Positions 27,941-40,700 of a stretch of 64,000 bases of DNA are shown here, in pieces. Below the pieces are notes generated by a model. That model did not search any database. It was not told where the DNA came from and saw only the letters and a list, made by a program, of their open reading frames with translations. The translations under genes were made by a program, and so were the position numbers. The stretch spans positions 223,448,001-223,512,000 of the forward strand of contig OX597814.1 in assembly GCA_951406725.2 (NCBI GenBank), read 5' to 3'. How positions within the stretch are numbered: position 1 is the first letter of the stretch; each line of letters begins with the position of its first letter. This DNA is from Octopus vulgaris (Eukaryota).

Positions 27941-28082
27941 TGTTGTCGCACGTTCGGCTGACCTCTACTCAACTTCACTCTCGACTCTAGTCTACCACTG
28001 CTACTCCTCACGTCTAGACTTCTCCCTCTATATCTACGTATTGGGCTAGTCTACTTCATCGTCTGGGGGCGTCCACACAACA
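27941..28082 (-). mobile_element. Solo LTR (142 bp) with 5-bp target-site duplication
   Basis: Termini TGTTGT...ACAACA; flanks AACTT at 27936-27940 and 28083-28087. Same family as the arms at 60789-61038, where a PBS defines the orientation. Confidence 0.85.
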
Positions 28083-28917
28083 AACTTACAAATACTTTAG
28101 TTCCATAATCACTAACGACGTTTTCTTAGCTCGTAGCAGTTGTCTCTCCAAATCTTATGTGGGGTGCATAATGAAATGCTGTTCCTACTCATCTACTGTG
28201 CTACTGCTGCTCTATATACGTGCATCAAAAATGTCATCAAAGAAGTCCACCCGGAATATTGACATATAGTCACTCAGCAATACATTTCAGCTTCTATACA
28301 GCAGTTAGAGTTAACCCATCTGAGAGACACGTCTTTTTTTCCTCTCATTGGATATATCGTGTTCCCCCTTTCCAGATGGACTTTGCTTTAGTCACACATG
28401 TATTCAATGCTACTATTCCAGACACAGTCGTCGACTTGGAATTGTCCAAGATGATTATCAAATATTAACCACATATAACTCAACAATTTCAGTAATGGCA
28501 GAGGCCGCAGAGGACTGGCGTCCAAATACTTCCTCCTATTCTAAATCACTATAATAGAAGATGGCAGCAGCAGCAGCAGCAGCAGTAGCAGTAGTAGTAG
28601 TAGTGGTGGTGGTGGTGGAGGTGGTGGTTGTTTTGGTGAATGGTGCGATGGTAGAGGTAGCAGTAGTTGTTCTTGTTTATATAGCACTTCTATTAAGAAA
28701 GCATAAAAGGAGAGACAAATCTGGATGAGCTGGGGCTACGGCTTGAAGAATTTTTTAGTCGTATGAATCTACTTCAGTACATATTTGTTAAGCTTGGTAC
28801 ATATTCTATCGAACTGTTTTGTTACAGGGCCATAAACACACCAACACCAGTATTCAAGTGGTAGTGCGGTACAAAAACACACACATTCATATATATATAT
28901 ATATATATATATATCAT

Positions 28918-29120
28918 CGCCATGTTGATTCGCTAGCCTCTGCACGCATTTTTTTCTCTCCTTTCTGTGTTTTTTCTCTGTGTATCTTTCTGTTGAAGAG
29001 CGTAGGCTCGAAACGTAAAAGACTTGTTTTATTTATATTCCTGAGCGCCATACTAATACAATTGTTTGTTCGTATTCCACCTGCCTTCGTCTTTTGTCTA
29101 TTTTCATAAAGCTTCCCGTT
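28918..29120 (+). mobile_element. Short repeat module (probable PLE pseudo-LTR remnant) carrying a variant hammerhead at 28985-29022
   Basis: TCTTT-CTGTTGAA-GAGC[GTAG]GCTC-GAAAC-GTA-AAAGA. Second copy at 39425-39600. Both copies are flanked by (TA)n. Confidence 0.6.
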
Positions 29121-29604
29121 ATATATATATATACAAAATACGCCCGCTAAGATAAGTTCCATTGTCTAAAGTCGTAAGACAGACGCTGTTTTAAAATTTA
29201 TTTTTGTTTTTTGTATTTATATTCGTATGACATCGTCCGCCTTTCTGTCCCTGTTTCGTATACATTCGATCCTCTTTCCAAGAAATCTAATGCTCGCAGC
29301 TTAGTTTTCCTTGAGGATAGCCGGATCTGAGCGAATCTAAGGATTAATTAGCCGAAATTTGCTAGGACGATCCGGTTCCTGACTGAAGATTAGAGGCTTC
29401 GAATGACCCGTCCGTTTTTGTGTCGTCTCTTTGTGTTTTTTACGCTCTTGTCCCATTTTTATATATAATTTTTATACATATATATATATAGGTACAAAAA
29501 ATTCAGGGTGAATACTTGATAAATGTAAGCACCTGTATATGCCAGTTAGTGGTGTAGGTGATAGGGCATATTTATCAAAAGAAAAACAGGATGCAAAGGA
29601 TTTA

Positions 29605-29677
29605 GTGGTACATATGTTTCTGGCTTTATTGGACAGTTTATATCAATGCATAATTGATGCAAGCCTTCTTCAGCCGC
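29605..29677 (-). ncRNA. Type I hammerhead ribozyme motif, intact core
   Basis: Minus strand: GCGG-CUGAAGA-AGGCUU...AAGCCA-GAAAC-AUAU-GUA-CCAC. Palindromic stem III ACAUAUGU; A-A mismatch at the base of stem II and weak stem I. Confidence 0.6.
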
Positions 29678-29780
29678 GCACAATTACCACACCAAAGACA
29701 TGTATTACATTATAGCAGGTTTGAGAAGTTTGGGAAAAATACGGGTTTCGTTGGGGATGCAAATCATATATATATATATA

Positions 29781-30103
29781 GGTGAAGGCGCGCGGCTCAC
29801 TGGTTAGGGCATTCGACTGACGATTGTAAGATCGTAATTTCAATTCCCGGCGACGCGTTGTTTCCTAGAGCAAAATACTTTTATTTCCCGTTGCTCCAGT
29901 CCATTCAGGTGGGAAAATGAGTTGTACCTGTATTTCAAGGGGCCAGCCTTGTCACACTCTGTGTCGCGCTGAATCTCCTTGAGAACTATGTTAGGGGTAC
30001 GTGTCTGTGGATTGCTCAGCCAGTTGCACGCTAATTTTACCAGCAAGCTGTTCCGTTGGTCGTATCAGCTTGGACCCTCGTCGTCGTAACCGACGGAGTG
30101 CTC
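29781..30103 (+). mobile_element. tRNA-derived SINE (family C)
   Basis: tRNA-like head GGCGCGCGGCTCACTGGTTAGGG...TTCAATTCCC. Body is shared with 46880-47000 on the minus strand. Confidence 0.7.
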
Positions 30104-30162
30104 CTAAATACACATATTTATCAGTCATTTTCGCATTCTAACCAATGCATCTATCTATGGTC

Positions 30163-30213
30163 GCATTCTGAAGAGAATTACTTACTCCAGTAAATCGAAA
30201 CGATCGTAAATGC
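30163..30213 (+). ncRNA. Minimal type I hammerhead ribozyme, intact core
   Basis: GCAUU-CUGAAGA-GAAUUACU[UACUCC]AGUAAAUC-GAAAC-GAUC-GUA-AAUGC. Perfect 5-bp stem I, 8-bp stem II with one mismatch, palindromic stem III ACGAUCGU. Confidence 0.8.
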
Positions 30214-30300
30214 CACACTCAGCTCTGCTTCTATTTAATTACAGACATGCCAGCGTAAACCATGAGTTTCCATTGTTATTATATCCATTTTCTTCTGTTA

Positions 30301-30337
<37 letters not shown>

Positions 30338-30478
30338 GATAAAAAATTAGAGATATATACAAATAAAATTTTTATATATAAAAGATGGAGGTGGAAACAG
30401 CAAAGAAGTAAATCTACGACTTTTCAATTAGGAAATAATTTAATAAAACGATTTTAAAATTATATAAAGAAATTATAA

Positions 30479-30521
30479 AATATTACCGGTTTCGATGATG
30501 AATTTCATCTTATCAAATATT
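30479..30521 (-). ncRNA. Degenerate hammerhead-like motif
   Basis: Minus strand: AAUAU-UUGAUAA-GAU...AUC-GAAAC-CG-GUA-AUAUU. Two substitutions in the CUGANGA box. Confidence 0.45.
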
Positions 30522-30776
30522 AATAAAAATTCATAAAAATTCGAAGTTAAAACAGTTTGTCTTCTGTTTGGTGATCAAACATGTCGGGAGTGTTTTCGTT
30601 GAAGTCTTCTTTAAATATAGTTTGCTATAGAGAATGTGTTAGAGAGAAAGAGAGAGGGTGTTGTTGTCTATTGTTTCAAAAAATCTCAGTGGGTTCCTGC
30701 CGTGGGAGTGGCTTAAAAGTATTTATTGAATGTTTCTTATGTCAAGCTGTGTGTGCGTGCGCACGTGTGTCTTTAT

Positions 30777-30894
30777 TAAAGCTGCCAAAATATCATAAAA
30801 ACTACTACTCAAAGTTTCACGTTCCAATTCCAGACGAACGGGAACGTGAAACTCTGACTAACAGTTTTTTTTTTGTGAAGTTTTTGCAGCTTTA
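30777..30894. repeat. Imperfect ~50-bp-arm inverted repeat containing a degenerate hammerhead-like motif
   Basis: TAAAGCTGC...AGTTTCACGTTCC versus GGAACGTGAAACT...GCAGCTTTA; internal CAGACGA-ACG[GGAA]CGT-GAAA. A related fragment lies at ~46630-46690. Confidence 0.6.
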
Positions 30895-30984
30895 CTATAA
30901 ACGCATATTTCTCTATATTCGGTTCTATTTTTTCCCACCTTGTTTTGCATCTATGTACTTACTCGTGGATATGTGTGTGTGTAT

Positions 30985-31280
30985 GTCTGTGTGTCTATAC
31001 AGGACGGACTTCTTTCAGTTTCCGTTTACCAAATCTACTCACAATGTTTCAGCTTACTCCATGCTATAGTGAAAGACACTTCCCCAGGGTTCCACACCGT
31101 GGGACAGGATCTAGAACCATGTTGTTTGGAATCAAGCTTCTTATCACGAACCCATTACGTTCTCGGGTAAAATCCGCCGAGGATGGTCTGTGCCTTTCAT
31201 CTTTCAGCGGGTCGACAAAATAAGTATCAGTCTAGTACTGGGGTCGATACTATCGACTTCCGTCTCCCCTACAAAACTGC
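30985..31280. mobile_element. Decayed SINE family A (-) abutting SINE family B (+) fragments
   Basis: GACTTCTTTCAGTTTCCGTTTACCAAATC and GCCTTTCATCTTTCAGCGGGTCGACAAAATAAGTA motifs. Confidence 0.6.
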
Positions 31281-34200
31281 TAGAAATATATATGCACGCA
31301 TGCAGTACACAGGAGACAACGAAGTGGTTTTCATGTGAGCCCTACGTCTATTGGCAACCAAATGTTCCTAAAATCACGTTAAACGTCTTATAGTAAAATC
31401 ATGTTAAATATTTTGTCCTGGTTCACGAAAAGACACTAGAACGATTAAGTTAGAATACATTTGACCACAGGTATAACTTTGAAGGTCTAACTTAAGTTTA
31501 AAAAATGACAACCACCTTTCACAGGTACGCACTTATAAATACATTCTCGCACATACTGGTATGACTTATATGGTTGAGTTTCGAGTTTAAATTTAAGTTT
31601 GCCAAATTTTAAGAATTTACTAGAAGTTGCAGTTTTATGATACAGAGATTAGGTCAAGGGGTTTGTACTGGATCTGGGTGGCGACAGTCTATAAATAGCA
31701 GCAACACCGTCATATAGAAACGAGTCTGATATAGGCGTTCTGAAGAAGCAGCTGAGTATTTTACATTCTTCCACCAGAAATCTAAACTTTTGACAAGCAA
31801 CTTTCATAATATAATATATGCCGTGTTGTCATACGAAGTAGCCACTGATTGTAGAAGTATCATTTGAAATGACGGATAATTTCAGTTGTGTGCTATTCAT
31901 GAACATATCAGATGAGATATCATACTTGATATGTTTAGTTTACTGTATCATTATAATGTTGATTAGATATTAGATTGTGATGATTCCCATTCGAATATAT
32001 TTTCTAGTTCTGTTAAGGAAAGAAATGAATGTCTGACAAGAAGTGGCGATGTTGTATGTGTTTAGAATATCAAATAGAATCTAAGACTATTTTGATCAGC
32101 ATGAATAAAGTGTTGTGAAAATAGTAATAACCTTCACCCTGAACAGACGAAAGAATGAGGAAGACACAATTTAGCTTTGAGTTAGACAAGAGTTGGTGGA
32201 GTGGAACCAAAGAGAGAACCTACCAATGCATGCAGCAAGGGGTCAGATCTAAGATATACAGAACGACTGCATAGCACAGGCCAAGTATTTCGTTTATTTC
32301 TTAGGCAAGATGCAGTAGTCTTTTCCCTGATCCTAGGTACAACAACATTGATTTAAAAAAGCTTTTTTGAAGATTCATAAGAGATAAGATCTGCCTCTAT
32401 TGAAGTTGCAGTCGCGGCCACTAGGCAGTTAATGTGTTTATGCTGCTCCAGGAAATATTGAGTAATTAAATGCCGAGTCGATCAGAAGACAGTTGGTAGA
32501 TCTCAATGTTCATCCTTGTTGTTGATGGTATGCGCTTCTTTTCCAGTGATAGAGATTGATCTCTAGTGATAGTATTAAAAAAGACGTGATATTGCGTTGG
32601 CTCGTTCGTCGGAGTTTTCTTATTTGGTGACTGTGTGAGATGGCAGCAAGGATGAGAGAAACCGCAGTGAGTTTCTATGAAGCTGCGCTGGCAACATAGT
32701 CACACAAGTTGTGATATTCTTGGAAAGGAGATTCCGAGACACGAATATGAAACCAACCAATTTCTGACATCTCATTAATTACCATTCCATTTTCTTTAAA
32801 ATTCTTCCAACAAATGATACATCACTTACCTATATAAAGTAAATAAGTAATTAAGTTGGCTATTAAACAAATATTTGAAAAGGATACTTAATATTTAGGC
32901 TGATAAAGCAGTGTTATATCTTGCTAATCTTTTATAAGATCAAATTTCTAAGCAGCCGAAATTTAACAGGGAAGTAAGATAAGAATGTTATAACATGGTC
33001 GTATGCCTATTTTGAGTTATCCTTACATAACTGCATAGACACACACTAATCACCGCACACATAATCAGTATTACTTTATCTTTCCTAGTCATTTATGTTC
33101 ATCGTCCTTCCTCTCTCTCTCTATCTATCTATCTTTATTCAAATCAAGCTAGTATATAAATATCACATGGTGCATATAGCGTATCAAATATATCAGCTTA
33201 CTCGGGCAACTTCACTGGACTCGAGGTCACAGGCTCAATGATTCATTCGATTAACGAATCATTTGGCCTATGGCTGGACGAAACACTATTAAAAATATCG
33301 ACTGCACATACGCATGGCCATGAATACGACTTAAACTAATTCACTGTAACTGAAATTTGGTGAAATAGATGCAGTTGTTTTACGGATACTACACTGAAAT
33401 ATCATCTACAATGAAGAAATGCATAACCTCTCCCTCTGCTTTCTTGCTGACAAAATAATTCTTCAATTGTTCATGCTTTGTCTCACAGCATGAGGAAGGC
33501 TCCGCAGTGTGATGTTTTTGACTATGGTGGTAATATGGAAGAGCTTTTAATAGTTCAACTTCATTACAGTCACGATTGCTGGCATGGAACTATATTTTAA
33601 TGAGTTAATGTCAGATTTTAGTTCTATCAATGTGCTTTTTTGTATTATTTCGAAAGAATAAACTCGACCATATTGAACACAACCAAGGAATGCGCTAACG
33701 GTTATAAAGACAGCTAATTGTTTTGTCACATTCGTCTAACCGTCATACAAATTAACAATGCCCACATGTAGTAAAAGATCCTAATACGCCTCTCTGTGCT
33801 CCAAGATATATTATTTAAAATTATAAATTATATAACTTGAACTTTAAAAATATTGAGAACGGAGTCGTCTCGTTTTTAGAACTAATCCAGTTTTATATAC
33901 AACATTTTTAAAATATAAAATACACAAGAAATATACGAAATATACACATACACACCTATGCATGTATACATACAACATATGGGTTGTATATATATATATA
34001 TATGATTATTGAGTTTCTGAACACTTTAATATCATCCTATAATTTTGTAAAATATTGTTTAAAACACTTTTATATTAGACAAAAGCCAAGCGAAACGTGA
34101 ATAGGATTTTGAAACTGAATTATTGCCCATTTATGAGTTTTTTCCAAGATCAATAAAAAAAAAAGAGAAATTATGGTATTTTAAAAAATAATCATCATCA

Positions 34201-35278
34201 TCATCAGTGAAGTCATCGTCGTCATCGGCAGCATCATTGCGGTTTTAAAAAATAGCATCCCATCGAAAACATACAAAAGAAAAAAAAAACTATCGCCACT
34301 TACTCACTAGATAATATATTCACCGATAGTAATCTAATTTATGAAACAGCCTGATCATTTTTAATGTTATTATTTCCCTTGATAGCGTGTATCTAAACAC
34401 GAACAACAGATTCACTATTAAAACTCCCTTTGCCTTCCACTGAAGAAATAAACGACAAAGCCAAGCTTGTATATTTTTCATTCTATGCACTGAATCATAA
34501 GAGAAATTGTTGAAATAATTTACAATAAATACAAATAAAACATTTGATGCTTATAAAGCACAGAAATCTTCTAACAGATTTGTTAACTGTTTATTCTCTT
34601 CCGTATATGTTTTGGTAAAATAGATTTTGTGATATTTATTTAGGTCTTTCTCGATGAAATCTTTTCACCCGAATATTAATTGCACTTAGTGATGCTATTC
34701 TAATAATCATATAAATGATAACATGAGTATATCGATACTATCTCTCAAATACTTAAGTGAAGAGAAATGAAAATGTGTTATCCAAGCCCTTCCTATGCGC
34801 ATCACTGCCAAAATTGACGTGAAATAGCTTCAACAGAAAGCCAGAGCAGTTTGCCATATTAATCCAAATATTATCAATGAATGAGATTGAAATGATATAT
34901 TAATGAGGTTAGTTTAATAAAGAACTTTTTTTGATTGAATAATTATACTTTGAAAACAAATTAACGTCACGAATGGTTTTAAAATACTCGAATGAAATAA
35001 CACACTTTCCTGAGTTCTCTGAAGCTTTAGCAATTGATATAACGAGGCAAGCCGAGGCAGTAACGTGTTGATGTAGAATGTTATATGGTTTTAATAATCT
35101 ATGGATTTTAAATAGGTTATCCTTGTATTAAAAACTTGGATTTTTTAGCAGCAATGCTAGTGTATTATTGATAACAGTTTCATAAAATGCTGGTAATGAG
35201 TTCGAATATGATCGAATACCATATGGCTAAAGTAAGAACTACCAACCCTAAGGAAACATTTTCTGAAGCAAAGTATTA

Positions 35279-35460
35279 ACGAGAGGTTGCTGAAAAGTTC
35301 CTGGATTTAAGGGTATCGCATAAGGCTTTGTTGGAGGCTCAACTGAAGGACCGCTGCAATAAGTGTGTGATTCTGAGAATGGAATAAAATCATAATTAAC
35401 TGATCCTCCCGTATTTTCTTAATATTCGTACTTGTATTTAAGTCTAAGAATTATTAGCAG
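35279..35460. mobile_element. Internally deleted mariner-type remnant (MITE-like)
   Basis: Mariner-like TIR ACGAGAGGTTGCTGAAAAGTTCCTGG and the C-terminal transposase trace DRCNKCVIL. Confidence 0.45.
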
Positions 35461-35944
35461 TAATATCACTGTATCATTGATGACAGTGTTATGAAACACT
35501 GGTACTTAGTTCAAATAGGATCAAATGACATATGGCTAAATTAAATCTGAACGTCCAACCGCAAAAGAAACATTTCAAGAAGCGAAGTAGTGTTCACCGA
35601 TTTAATAAGTTAAGGAGTAAGACCACAACGATATAGCGATCAATATAGAAGTTTGCTGTTAATTACTAACCTACAGGTTAGTACAAACATCAAAAACTGA
35701 AACAGAATTATTGCTAAAGCCGACAAAAATATTAGCAGTTTGAGTAGATTGTATTTATGAAAATATATCTTTGATTCAAAACAAAGTAAATATGTGTGTA
35801 GAGACTGAAGTAAACCTAAATGACTCACCACTGGTACAGTCAGTATTTTGTTTTCTCGACAACAACTTAACCACAGGTAAAAATCAACTTCGGTGGGATG
35901 TGAGGTCAAAACCTAGACCTGCAGATTTCAAATGTAAGTTATTA

Positions 35945-36333
35945 TTGGTTTCAAATTTTGGTACAAGGCCAGCAAGTAAGGGGAAGGAGGCAAGTCGAAT
36001 ACATCGAACTCTTTGCTTAGCTGGTACGTAGTTTATCGACCTCGAAATGATGAAAGGCAAAGTCAACCTCGGCGAAATTTGAACTAAGAAAGTAAAGATG
36101 AACGAAATACCTATTTCTTTACTACCCACAAAGGGCTAAACACAGAGGGGACAAACAAGGACAGACAAACGGATTAAATCGATTATATCGACCCCAGTGC
36201 GTAACTGATACTTATTTAATCGACCCCGAAAGGCAAAGTCGACCTCGGCGGAATTTGAACTCAGAACGTAACGGTAGACGAAATACCGCTAAGCATTTCG
36301 CCCGGCGTGCTAACGTTTCTGCCAGCTCACCGC
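35945..36333 (-). mobile_element. tRNA-derived SINE family B, composite/tandem copies
   Basis: Minus head GCGGTGAGCTGGCAGAAACGTTAGCACGCCGGG...GAGTTCAAATTCC; central GCCGAGGTCGACTTTGCCTTTC...GGGGTCGAT domain (Meta/MESC-like, from memory). Confidence 0.8.
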
Positions 36334-39300
36334 TAAGCATTTTGCAAGCTCACTGCCTTTATGTATGTTATTATTGCATCCAGTTTATTTTTTGCGAAAG
36401 GTTCCAAATGACGAAGTTACTTGTTAACACTCAACAGATCTAGTATGATTCTTCAAAATAGATTCATCTTGAAAGCGATTCGAATAAAGTAATACGTTGC
36501 TTATTATTTTTTCCTGCTGAGTTATGGAGGTGTGGGCAGCCACCATGAACCTTTATTTTTCTCAGGACCTCAGAACTTTTGCAGGGGCAAAAAGGAAGTT
36601 GATGGAATGTTGCTCAAATACTTATAACTAAGTATAGTCTACCAAAACGCAATCATGGATCCGTTGATGGTGTTAAAGCGAGAAATACATAGACAACCAT
36701 CCAAAATTTTAGCACTCAGACTACCGGAACACACACCACAAGGCATCTCATCTAATGCTCAAAATATTCCGCCAAAACACCGCTTTGAACTTGTCTATGT
36801 TAACGGCCCCGATAGGATAAATGGAAGAGGTAACGTGGAGAGATTCGAACTCAGAGTACCGAAATATATATCTGGCGGAATTTCGTTCAATGGTTATATT
36901 ATTAAGCCAAATTTTACCTCTATGTGAGAGGCTTAAAATAAACTCTTTGACTTAGACTGGTATGTTTGTTCGTGTAAATACTATAAAGTAGTAATTACTC
37001 AGCGCTGATGTATAATCGGGAGTAACATGTAATAAACATCAGTGAAGCTGCCAGAAACTGGAAATAGTAACTTGTATTTTGGGAAATGTTACATCAATAT
37101 AATAGAAGCTATATCAATATAGTTTACTACACCAGGAATATGGAGCAAATGGGAACAATGAACATTGTCCAAAATTTAACTATGTGTTATTGAAAATATG
37201 ATACATGTGTGTATATGCTTGTTATAAGTAGTTTGAATCCCGACTTTAAACTAGTATGAGGTAATAGCTCACACGATAGTCAATTTATATTCAATTATTA
37301 GAGGGAAAGTGAGCAGATAGTGTATTACTTGCTTTTATAAATATGAACAGAGGAAATGTCATGGAATGAGGGGAAATGGGAGCAAGTAGTAACTTGTCAT
37401 ACTAATGGGTTTTAGAGGTCCTACATGAAATAAAGCAGATCTAATTCAGCATCTGAATCGACTTGAGGTATCAAATCACAGAGAAATTGCCATCCTATCA
37501 CACTGTGAATCACAAAACAAAATATTGAGATGAGACTTAAATTAGAATATATTTAAAATAACATGATTAGGTACGAAAACTGTATATTTACGAACGGAAA
37601 AAATCGGGATATTGTGACATACACGAATTTACAAAGCCATAGAAAGCGGAAAGATAAAATCCGGTTGAAATGGTGTCCTTTGATGGCTGCCAGTGAAAAT
37701 GATAAGTATGTTGAAGTACTGGGCTTACTGCCTAAGTGCAAAGTTTTTTATATGATATTGGTGAAGTAAAATGATGTAAAATTTTAATAATCAGAAATCT
37801 AAACTTGCACATGACACAGCATATAATAATGTTTGTCTTGTTGATGAATTGAAGTCAGCGTTGTCCATACATTTTTAACGATAGCCTAAAATGTCAACAA
37901 GCACAGAGGCCCTCTCGCAAAACACATAAAACTGTAGAATCCATTCTTCCTTCCTAGTTGTATGAAGATAATGTCTGTCGTGATACGTCAGTGAGATATA
38001 AAAGATTTTACCACGATACCTACGATGATAATGCATTTATATTCTGAATTACAACTCTATTTCCAATTATTGTAATGCCATAATCTTGTCCTAAACCTCC
38101 CTGACATAAGTTCATCTTAATTGGAAAATCTCCGTTATTAACGATACTAATAAACGCAATTTTGACGCCAACATCAAGGGAATATTTGAAATACCAGACA
38201 AGTTCACATAATATTATAAAGAATTTATCACTATCAATATCCGCTTAACACACACACATGTATATAATACACAAGGATGGATACACACATATCTATATAT
38301 ACGTTTACATATGCATAGACGCACACATTCACGCGCACTCATATATACATATTAATGCGGTGTCTGTGTGTTTGCTTATGTTATAATACTCTTAGGTATG
38401 CATATGTATTGTATCGGTACTTTTGTATTTTTGTATTTCAATACTTGCAAGATGGATATCAATGCACATAAACATTCATACAATACACATAACTGCAAAC
38501 ACATATGTGACGGTGTGTGCACATGCTTATCTAATAAGTGCGAGTGCTTGTCTGTGTGTTTATGTGTGCGTGTGTATCTGTATGTGTGTATGTGTGTGTG
38601 TGTTCGTGTGTGTGCGTGTGTGCACACATTTAGATGTGATTATGAATATATATTCAAACGAAAAAATTTCACTGAGTAGCAATTTGTTTTGCTACAATCA
38701 GACATATACAAACACACATACAAGTACGTATATACATATACTCACACACACACACACACGCAGTCCTAAAGCTCATTTTAATATAAGATCACAAATTTGA
38801 GGGTTCGGTAATAGATGTAATTGACTCAAGTATATGACTAGAACTGTATTTTATTGACCTTGTTGAAATCAAAACGTAAACTGAAATTCATATTGCTCGT
38901 AAACTAAGTCAAAGTTCTTTGAAATGCAACATTATATTCTTAAAATATATCACAACCATAGTTAATTGGAATTAAGAATCAGGTTATAGAGAGGATTATA
39001 AAAGAAGTTATGATCATGACGCTAGTAAAGCAAATTATGTATCGCAACAGATGCCTTAATGGCAATTTTAGCTAGGTAATGGTGTAATGGCTGATTAAAT
39101 CGACACCAATGCTTCAATGACTATGGGTTGATGAAAAACAGGCGAGTAAAGCATGAAGCACAACTAAATACAGCGACAATGGGGAATGCAGAATAGATAT
39201 TAAGAAGCATCCTGGGAATATATTCGATAGATGGATAGATAGACATACATACAGACGGACGGACGGACAGACAGACAGACCGATAGATAGAAAGGTGGAT

Positions 39301-39361
39301 GGATAGATGGATAGATGGCTATTTAGCTAGAGGCATAGAAAGATAGACAGACACGAAGACA

Positions 39362-39423
<62 letters not shown>

Positions 39424-39424
39424 G

Positions 39425-39714
<290 letters not shown>

Positions 39715-39715
39715 G

Positions 39716-39795
<80 letters not shown>

Positions 39796-40495
39796 GTTTG
39801 AAAATGTATTTACAGATAAACATTTTAAAGACATCTATGTTAACTTTGGTAGCTTTTAAAAGCGAATAAAAGAGCAGTCGAGAAGCTACCCTACATTTTT
39901 GTAAATCTTCAGACTTATAGTTGGTATCATGAGTATAATACGAGGCAACTCTGAAAGCAATATATTCACCTTTGCGTCATGATTCTGTATTATTTTACCA
40001 CGGCTTCCTGTTGAACCCTTCCTTGAAACAGCCTTAAAACATTCTAGGAGTGTTTTTTAAGCGGAACAGGCGGAGAGCTTGAATTAAAATTAGTCAGTCT
40101 TATTTAAACATTGTGAAACGTTGCTCAGGTTACAATTAATGTTTTTTACTATCATAACAGCTAAAGCTATGTTGTTTATTTTGTGATTTCCGACGTTATT
40201 GGAAAGTATCTCTTAACTTTGCATTACTCACATTTGGTTTCTTAAAGAGGAAGGCTACACGCTCTGGCATATTAATTACCACATAAACATAACAAGGGTA
40301 TAACTGTATTTTTTTTTAATTATAGTTGCAATAGCAGAAAGTTTTCGCAGGAGCGGACATTCAAATATACATACGCTCACGCCTATGACAAATCAAATCT
40401 ATTTATCTATTTTATCCCAAAAGTAACATTTGAATAGCATGCATATAGATACACTCTAAATACACTGCGAGCATGTACTCATATATATATATATG

Positions 40496-40700
40496 CTAGC
40501 AGAGATACCCGGCGTTGCCCGTGTTACATACACTTAAAGAATTAGACTTTTCTGTTATATTTTCTGTAATGAACTGGAATACCTATGTTTCGAATTTCAT
40601 CAAAATTGCAGATGAGGGTTGTTTCCCTCTACACATCAAAACAAATTTGTAATCGTTCCACATATATCCTATACTACTTATTTTTATGCGCATATTCCAA
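40496..40700 (-). mobile_element. Helitron 3' terminus (extent uncertain)
   Basis: CTAG at 40496-40499 with the adjacent hairpin-like CCCGGCGTTGCCCG, as in the complete element at 56466-56862. Confidence 0.55.

Noticed and set aside
31688-31700. TATA-like CTATAAATAG
   Set aside because: Expected by chance in AT-rich DNA, with no downstream gene evidence.
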